DNA from: Lentisphaerota bacterium
Lineage (GTDB): Bacteria; Verrucomicrobiota; Lentisphaeria; Victivallales; Victivallaceae
Assembly: GCA_012519765.1 (NCBI GenBank)
Contig: JAAYPP010000043.1
Span: forward strand, 1 to 33,276
Direction: 5' to 3'
DNA: 33,276 nucleotides
The notes under the pieces were generated by a model. The model saw only the letters and a program-made list of their open reading frames with translations. It made no database searches and had not been told where the DNA came from. Positions 27,228 to 33,276 of the stretch are shown one piece after another. The position numbers were made by a program, and so were the translations under genes. Positions within the stretch are counted from its first letter, which is position 1. Every line of letters begins with the position of its first letter.

Positions 27228-27477
27228 AACATCAAGTTACGACTATTTCTCAGGCACAACATCAAATACAATATTCTTGTTTTGCAACACCCAATGCAGA
27301 TATCTCTTTTGGTAAGAGTGAATGCACAACTCCGGTTTTTCATGAGGCGTTTACTTTTTCGATGGATAGCTTGGTAGAACAAGCAATTTATAACTTTATA
27401 GCGGTTGAATTGAGGAAGCACAGGTTTAAATTAGCTATGTCGTCAAATTATTTATGGATATACGGAGCGAAAATAAA

Positions 27478-29487
27478 ATGAAGAAATCAAGGGTGAAACG
27501 TCGTCAGAGCAGAAGTTCACATCCCGTGAAACGTTCCCGGATCGGTCATGAGCCGCCGCGTCATTCTCACGCGATAACAATCGACGGGATTATCAAAATT
27601 ACTTCGCGCGGATTCGGATTTGTGGTGCCGGATACGGATGAAGCCGCTGACGCCGAAAAAGTTGCCGATATTTTCATTCCTCCTCAATATACGATGACCG
27701 CGATGAGCGGGGATAAAGTGCGGGTTGAACTTTTGCCGGAAGTTCCAGAATACAAAAATGATCGTGGTCCTGCCGGAAAAGTGGTGGAAATTCTTCAACG
27801 TTCACGTACTTCGTTGATTGGTGAAGTAGTCGGGCGTAATCGGGTTCGGCCGATTAATCCGGGATTTCCCGGAGAAATCGATATTTTCGGTAACGCCAAG
27901 GGCGCCAAGCCCGGCGAGTGGGTGGAAGTGAAACTTCTGGAAACCGGTGGTCGCGACGGTTTCAGGCAGGGAACAGTTTCGGCAAAACTGGGCCGGGCAG
28001 GGGAGATTATCAACGATCTGAATGCAATTTGCGCTGAATACGAAATTCCCGAACCTTATACCGAGGAAGAGGATGAGGCGGGCGCGGCGCTGGTTCCGCG
28101 CGAGATCAAACGCGAAGATTTTCGCAAGGATTTTTGTTTGACTATCGATCCGCATGATGCGAAAGATTTCGACGATGCGATCTCGCTGCGCCCCGCGGCA
28201 GACCCGAATGAGATTGAAATCGGCGTTCATATTGCTGATTTGGCCGCTTATATAGCGCCCGGCAGCCGTTTTGACCGCTCAGCCGCCAAGCGTGGTTTTA
28301 CCGCTTATCTGCCGGGACGTACTTTGCCGATGTTGCCGCCGAAATTGACGGCAATTCTGAGTCTTACGGAAAATGATGACTGTCTTACGCACACTGTGGT
28401 TTTGACGGTACACCGCAAAAGCGGGCGTATTATCAATGCGCGGCGGGTGCACGGCATTATCCGGGTTACCAAGCGTCTCGATTATGATCAGGTTCAGAAT
28501 TATATCGATACCGGAGAAACTCCGCACTGGAGCAAGAAATTTATCGAAAATCTTTCGACTCTGGTTGAGGTTACCCGGGCCATGCGCGCATACCGGCGTA
28601 AAGAAGAAAAATTTCTTTTGCTCGAAGTCCCTGAAATCAGGGTTCTCTGCGACGAAAAAAATAACAAAATACTGGGTGTTGAGCGTAAGCTTCAACGCGA
28701 AGCCAATCAGCTGATTGAAGAATTCATGCTCGCGGCCAATACTGCCGTCGCTTTGGAAATGAGCGGGAAGGGGGTTCCTGCCATCTACCGCATCCATCCG
28801 GAGCCGTTTCCTGAAAAGATCGAAGAATTTACCGATTTTGTCAGCAGTGCTTTCGGGGTTTTTCCCGGAAATATGGTTGACCGGATCGCATGCAACAAAT
28901 TTCTTGATTCGCTGCCGGACGGTCCCACGAAACCGATAATTCTGAGCGCGTTTCTCCGTTCGTTGCCACGCGCGTCATATTTCAATAAGCCGCAACTGCA
29001 TTTCGGTCTGGGCAAAACTCATTATCTCCACTTCACCAGTCCGATCCGGCGTTATACCGATTTGACTGTTCATCAGCAGCTTTGGGAACAGAGCAGCAAC
29101 GGACGTTTGAAATCCGATAAGGAAATGGAGCGCCTGGCGGAACGTTGTACCGAACTGGAACAAAACAACGACGATGCTTATTATGCCGCTTCCGACCGTA
29201 TGAAGTTGCGTTATCTGGAAGAACAGATGATGCGCGGCGACGAAATTCTTTACAACGGCGTAGTGGCCCGAATTGTTGCCGCCGGCATGATGGTGGATAT
29301 TGAGGATCTCGGTATTTACGGGTTTGTGCCTCTGGAAAATTTACGGGGCAACTTCAAGCGGCATGGCGACATTTTGAAGTCATTTAACGGCAAAAAAACG
29401 TTTCGTTGCGGCGATTTTGTTCAACTGCAACTTTCAGCCATCGATTTTGCAAAAGGTTCGGCGGTATTCCGGCCAGCTGAAAAATGA
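27478..29487 (+). CDS. rnr: ribonuclease R (RNase II/R family, RNB domain plus C-terminal S1 domain)
   Basis: Basic N-terminus, cold-shock-like region (GFGFVVPD), RNB motifs (IDPHDAKDFDDAISL, HIADL, YLPGRTLPMLP, HFGLG...YLHFTSPIRRYTDLTVH) and an S1-like C-terminus. ATG 27478 (GGAG 10 nt upstream) is preferred over the track's 27454; the start is uncertain by 8 codons. Confidence 0.85.
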   Translation: MKKSRVKRRQSRSSHPVKRSRIGHEPPRHSHAITIDGIIKITSRGFGFVVPDTDEAADAEKVADIFIPPQYTMTAMSGDKVRVELLPEVPEYKNDRGPAGKVVEILQRSRTSLIGEVVGRNRVRPINPGFPGEIDIFGNAKGAKPGEWVEVKLLETGGRDGFRQGTVSAKLGRAGEIINDLNAICAEYEIPEPYTEEEDEAGAALVPREIKREDFRKDFCLTIDPHDAKDFDDAISLRPAADPNEIEIGVHIADLAAYIAPGSRFDRSAAKRGFTAYLPGRTLPMLPPKLTAILSLTENDDCLTHTVVLTVHRKSGRIINARRVHGIIRVTKRLDYDQVQNYIDTGETPHWSKKFIENLSTLVEVTRAMRAYRRKEEKFLLLEVPEIRVLCDEKNNKILGVERKLQREANQLIEEFMLAANTAVALEMSGKGVPAIYRIHPEPFPEKIEEFTDFVSSAFGVFPGNMVDRIACNKFLDSLPDGPTKPIILSAFLRSLPRASYFNKPQLHFGLGKTHYLHFTSPIRRYTDLTVHQQLWEQSSNGRLKSDKEMERLAERCTELEQNNDDAYYAASDRMKLRYLEEQMMRGDEILYNGVVARIVAAGMMVDIEDLGIYGFVPLENLRGNFKRHGDILKSFNGKKTFRCGDFVQLQLSAIDFAKGSAVFRPAEK

Positions 29488-30230
29488 AATTACTGGAAGA
29501 TTTGCGATTTTCTTCATATCAGATATCCGAAGAACATGAGCCATTTTTGCGTCGCGGGTTTTATGCTCTGCTGATTATTTGGCCGCTGGCGTTTTTGGGG
29601 TTTCCCTTGATATTTCAGTGGGCAAATAAGTATTTGGACCACGAACAATACATGGGATTGGCAATCCTGGTGCCGCAACTGATTTTGGGCGTGGCGGTTT
29701 TGTGTGTAATAAAATCCAAGGGGCGAACTCTGGAAATCCTGAACCTTAAGCATTGGGAATGGCGTTTTCTCGGAATTGGGATTGCCCTGCCGTTTCCATT
29801 GCTGATTTTAATCGGACTGGTCAGCTGGGTATGGCGTTTAACCTTGGAATCTGTCGGAATCAGCTTGCCCGAAGAAACCGCGTTGGAGTTGATGATCAAA
29901 AATGCCGGGCCGTGGCTTTTCGTACACGCTGCTTTGTTGGCGATTATTGTCGCGCCGCTGGTCGAAGAAATTTTATTCCGGAGAATAATATTCGGCTTTA
30001 TTTCAATTCGTTTGGGAAATCTTTGCGGTTTATTACTGGCTTCGTCTCTGTTCGCTGTCATTCATCTGGACTGGAAAAATCTTCCCGGCTTGTTTATATT
30101 GGGGGCTGTTTTTCAGATTGTGACGATGTGCTGCAAATCGCTTTATCCGGCAATTATTATGCATTCCACTAATAATGCGATGGCGATTGGTTTATTATAC
30201 GCTTTGAGAAAAGGATGGATTGAACTGTAA
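29484..30230 (+). CDS. CPBP-family intramembrane glutamic endopeptidase (CAAX protease/Abi-like)
   Basis: 248 aa, multi-TM. Motifs PLVEEILFRR, FAVIHL and IIMHSTNN. ATGA overlap with the rnr stop. Confidence 0.8.
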   Translation: MKLLEDLRFSSYQISEEHEPFLRRGFYALLIIWPLAFLGFPLIFQWANKYLDHEQYMGLAILVPQLILGVAVLCVIKSKGRTLEILNLKHWEWRFLGIGIALPFPLLILIGLVSWVWRLTLESVGISLPEETALELMIKNAGPWLFVHAALLAIIVAPLVEEILFRRIIFGFISIRLGNLCGLLLASSLFAVIHLDWKNLPGLFILGAVFQIVTMCCKSLYPAIIMHSTNNAMAIGLLYALRKGWIEL

Positions 30231-30231
30231 A

Positions 30232-30675
30232 ATGAAAATTAAAAATTATATTATGAGCGCGGTATTGCTGTGTTTCTTCGGCGCCGGATTGGCGGCAAAA
30301 GAATACTGGAAACGCAATAAAAAAGAAGACCGGAGCTGGAATATCTTTGAAACCAGGACTGCCGCTGAAAAAGCTTTTTTGCCGTTAATCGGATTCATTA
30401 AACCCGGTGACGACGGTAAACTGCCCAACGGCAGACAGGTCAAGAATTTTTCCCGTAAATTACCGTATATCATGATTTTTTATTCGGTCAGCCCGGAAGG
30501 CTGGCAGGCGGCGTTCTGGGATTGTCAGGATAGCTGGCTTTATGATTCGAAATCCGGCGCAATTTACCGGATGGATGAAGATTTGACCGGTGTCGCCTGG
30601 TATGATCAACCGCATCAACGACTGATCGCACCGCCCGAGGCCGCCGAAAATAACATCATCTATACCCGGCTGTAA
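30232..30675 (+). CDS. hypothetical small membrane-anchored protein
   Basis: About 147 aa. ATG at 30232, one nt after the CPBP stop. N-terminal hydrophobic anchor (YIMSAVLLCFFGAGLAA). I recognise no family. Confidence 0.45.
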   Translation: MKIKNYIMSAVLLCFFGAGLAAKEYWKRNKKEDRSWNIFETRTAAEKAFLPLIGFIKPGDDGKLPNGRQVKNFSRKLPYIMIFYSVSPEGWQAAFWDCQDSWLYDSKSGAIYRMDEDLTGVAWYDQPHQRLIAPPEAAENNIIYTRL

Positions 30676-30686
30676 TTTGAATTGCT

Positions 30687-31855
30687 TTAGCGATTGCCTT
30701 TTGCTCGATTGTGAGTCTTGCATAACATCTGGCAATTTTTGATATTTGTCTCGCCACCTTTGCTCCATGCTGCTACATGGTCAGCGTCCATTTCCGCAAG
30801 CTTCCAGATTGTGCTTTTGTTGGCATCATGTCCAATAGCGCAAAGCGGGCAGTTTGATACACCTTTTGCTTCCGCCTTTTTGGTCTGGGAGGTATAGACA
30901 GATTTTTTTGTTGCTTCGTCAAAAACCCGGACATCCAACAATTTTGTATCTGTTAAACCGCCGAGGACGTACTCAAAAATGCCTCTCCGGTTTTTGATAT
31001 ACGGATCTGCGTAAAGTTTTTTAACTTCTGCGGAAACCTGTGCGGGACTATAGGACGTCTTGTGATACTTTTCGTACAACCGCCCCCACTCAAGCCCGCG
31101 CATCTCACTTTCGACATCATTAAATACTGCAGAAACCCAATCAATCACGGTGTTGAAATATCTTTTTAATTCATCGATATTATTGTCAAAGCGGTGACGG
31201 CTCATGTAGTCACCGATATTGCCATTGCTCACCCAATCTAATGCGCATTCCAGGAAATCCTGCCGGTTGGCGCTGCCTTTGATATAGGCGCTCCACTTCT
31301 GGATATTGGCGTTTTGTCCATTGCTGAATTCCTCTTTGCCGTGCGTCACAAACGGTCCAGAATATACGGCATTGAGCAATTCCTGATCATTCAGCGGAAC
31401 CCCGGCAATATTAATGGTCTTAAACCATTCTTTGATTTCGCTTTCCGTCCCTTCGCATTCATAGATAAGAAGTTTAGTTTCCAGAATTCGGGTTTTTTGT
31501 CTTTTGCCATTCCGCTAAAATACTGTTCCATCCCGTTAGCGTCTTTGATCGCAAATTTATCTGTCACAAAACGTCCGGCGCTGGTGATGCGCTGCTGCCC
31601 GTCCAAAACCTCCAAATTGTTTTCAGAAACCTTGTTAAAATATATCAAGCCAATCGGGTAACCCTTGAGTATTGATTCAATAACGGCAATTTCTCTTTTC
31701 CCGCCATCAGAGGCATAGATGTAGTTGCGCTGATATTCCGGTTGAATCGTAAGTTTGCCAGACAGACCAAAGAGCCCCTTGCCCTCCAGTTCGTTATAAA
31801 CAAATCCATCGCAAATATCTTTGACCGTGATGTCGGTTTTTAAACTTGTTTTCAT
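30687..31855 (-). pseudogene. DUF262 (ParB-like, DGQQR) - HNH nuclease gene interrupted by a -1 frameshift at a homopolymer
   Basis: Track ORFs 31391-31855 (DUF262 N-terminus: [17 protein letters not shown]) and 30687-31379 (C-terminal HNH: DADHVAAWSKGGETNIKNCQMLCKTHNRAKGN) are collinear parts of one protein. Adding one A to the A6 run (T6 on the plus strand, 31493-31498) restores ...[52 protein letters not shown]..., giving about 389 aa. Confidence 0.8.
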
Positions 31856-32976
31856 ATTGTTTCTCTTTTATGTTTGATAAAAATTCGCTTATAAACTCTT
31901 TGGCCTTTTACTAACGGTTGTGAAACTTTACTGCTTTCATCCCAAAGGCCATTTGAAAATCCTCGTCCCTCGCTCTCAGTTGCACCCAAAATCTCAAACT
32001 GCTCGGGACAGTATTTATCCAGAAAACTAATCGGCACGCCCATAACGCCGTCATAGTCGCTTGGAATGGCATCCGTAAAGGGAACCTCTATGGCGTCATA
32101 ATTATCGTATTTTTCATACGCCTTTTTGCCCTTGATTTCCTTGTGTTTGCTGTATTTTAAATTTTCTGCCATGGTCATGAGCGGCAACGGCTGGTGGCGG
32201 CGGCCGTGGTCGAGATTGGTGTACCAACAAACATTGCGGAATTTCACTAGACCTGTTTTGGCATCAAACACTCCCGAAGCGAAATCGCGCGTATTGGGCG
32301 TAAAAAAATATGCATTACCTGCGTGAAAACCATTTCCCAACCATAACTGATTATTTTTGATCTGCGGGAAAACTTCTTTATATGTAATTGCATTCATGTT
32401 GCCGATAATGACGAACTTTTTGTTGTAACCAACAAGCTGCCTAACATATTCGCGGAACAAGCTGAACGGCGGATTTGTAACAACGATGTCTGCTTGTTTG
32501 AGCAGGTCAATACATTCGGGGCTTCGGAAATCACCATCGCCTTTAAGCGGCATCCATTCGTTCTGTTTCCTGGCCTTTAACTGTTTGGCAACATCCTCCA
32601 GGTTGAATTCTCCGTCGCCGTCTATGTCATGCACTGTATTGATAATGAATTTATTGGCGGTTATCTTTGGACGTCCTTTTGACACAGAAGGAGTTTCGTC
32701 GCGTTCGAACAATTCAAGCTGTGTATAGGCTATCGGCGATGGCTTGTAGCTGGTGGTGATGAGTTGTCGCAATCCAAGTTTTTTGAAATTGAGCACAAAA
32801 TAGCGAAAGAAATTGCTCTCGAATGGATCGTCACAGTTGCAATACACCACCTTGCCGCGAAAAACATCGTAGTCGTATTCCAGGTACGCCGCGATTTCTT
32901 TCTGGATATCGGCGTATTGCGTATAAAACTCGTCGTTTTTTGCTCTTTTGGCACTTGTAAGATTTTTGTTTGCCAT
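31852..32976 (-). CDS. N6-adenine DNA methyltransferase (EcoRI-methylase-like family, NPPF motif)
   Basis: 374 aa. N-terminal [16 protein letters not shown] motif, CDDPFESNF, and catalytic motif [15 protein letters not shown]. Its TGA overlaps the ATG of the DUF262-HNH gene (ATGA at 31852-31855). Confidence 0.85.
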   Translation of the reverse strand: MANKNLTSAKRAKNDEFYTQYADIQKEIAAYLEYDYDVFRGKVVYCNCDDPFESNFFRYFVLNFKKLGLRQLITTSYKPSPIAYTQLELFERDETPSVSKGRPKITANKFIINTVHDIDGDGEFNLEDVAKQLKARKQNEWMPLKGDGDFRSPECIDLLKQADIVVTNPPFSLFREYVRQLVGYNKKFVIIGNMNAITYKEVFPQIKNNQLWLGNGFHAGNAYFFTPNTRDFASGVFDAKTGLVKFRNVCWYTNLDHGRRHQPLPLMTMAENLKYSKHKEIKGKKAYEKYDNYDAIEVPFTDAIPSDYDGVMGVPISFLDKYCPEQFEILGATESEGRGFSNGLWDESSKVSQPLVKGQRVYKRIFIKHKRETI

Positions 32977-33276
32977 TTTGCTTCCTTAGCCCGTAATCAG
33001 TTTACTGTTCAACAATGCATTCAATATTCTTCGGTAGTTTTTATCTGAACTGAACGCGATGTTGTCAATATAAATCATTTCTGAACATTGGCAAATAAAG
33101 GTAATCGATATGCTTGGATGTTATCGCGGATGCTTGACACGCAACATCAACAGATTAAGAGCTTATCAACTAATAATTTTATAATTTGGGATAGATTGCC
33201 ATTACTTTATTCATGGTAATCATCGCAGCCGCCAAATAAAGCAACCCGTTGTATGCGCAGGCCGTTTTCTCGTAGC

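Noticed and set aside
27209-27481. 90-aa ORF in the MFS/rnr intergenic region, starting inside the palindrome.
   Set aside because: It has no RBS, its start codon is embedded in the hairpin arm, the translation is featureless, and it overlaps the likely rnr start. More likely this is untranslated leader or promoter DNA.
28582-28591. ATGCGCGCAT, a 10-bp palindrome inside rnr that resembles a half-core of the repeat.
   Set aside because: It is short, lies in coding sequence (encodes ...RAMRAY...) and lacks the second arm and the A/T extensions. Chance occurrence is likely.
30689-33203. 7-bp GATTGCC present near both ends of the R-M-like segment, as possible target-site duplication or att repeats.
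   Set aside because: It is too short to be significant, the left copy lies inside coding sequence, and there is no integrase or tRNA to support an integration event.
33207-33276. C-terminal 23 codons of a minus-strand ORF entering from the right edge.
   Set aside because: It is too short to assign a product or even to be sure it is coding. It is mentioned only as context for the islet boundary.

Overview
The window looks like a bacterial chromosomal segment of moderate GC. I found no rRNA, tRNA, CRISPR array or transposase. The gene content (a TIGR04073-type small secreted protein, a GntR-HTH/LacI-type hybrid regulator, large secreted PA14 and glycoside-hydrolase-like proteins) loosely suggests a PVC-group or Lentisphaerae/Kiritimatiellae-like organism, but that is speculation.

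Layout:
(1) 1-10247, all on the minus strand: a nine-gene glycan-tailoring cluster. It comprises an ArnT-like GT-C transferase, a GntR/FCD regulator, RfbH/DdhC 3-dehydrase, a NeuB-SAF-cupin fusion, a HAD phosphatase, a YerE/ALS-like TPP enzyme, an NDP-hexose C-methyltransferase-like protein, a GDP-mannose-mannosyl-hydrolase-like Nudix protein and a radical SAM protein. The cluster runs off the left edge.
(2) 10459-11862: a CrtI-like flavin oxidoreductase.
(3) 12061-17486, minus strand: a small TIGR04073-like secreted protein followed by two large secreted proteins of more than 800 aa each (a DUF5060/GH-A-like protein and a PA14 protein with a possible SGNH-like C-terminus).
(4) 17651-24642, plus strand: a housekeeping block (HIT, UxaE-like, ymdB, nadC, ruvA, pheA, rsmB-like).
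(5) A hybrid regulator convergent with an MFS transporter, followed by rnr, a CPBP protease and a small membrane protein.
(6) 30687-32976, minus strand: an R-M-like pair. An NPPF adenine methyltransferase overlaps a DUF262-HNH nuclease gene that is split by a frameshift at a homopolymer.

Four copies of a strongly conserved 33-39 bp GC-core palindrome (GCGCGCGCA-TTA-TGCGCGCGC with A/T arm extensions) occur only in intergenic gaps.

The most interesting items are the hybrid deoxysugar-branching plus NeuB-type cluster, the palindromic repeat family, and the methyltransferase/DUF262-HNH module.
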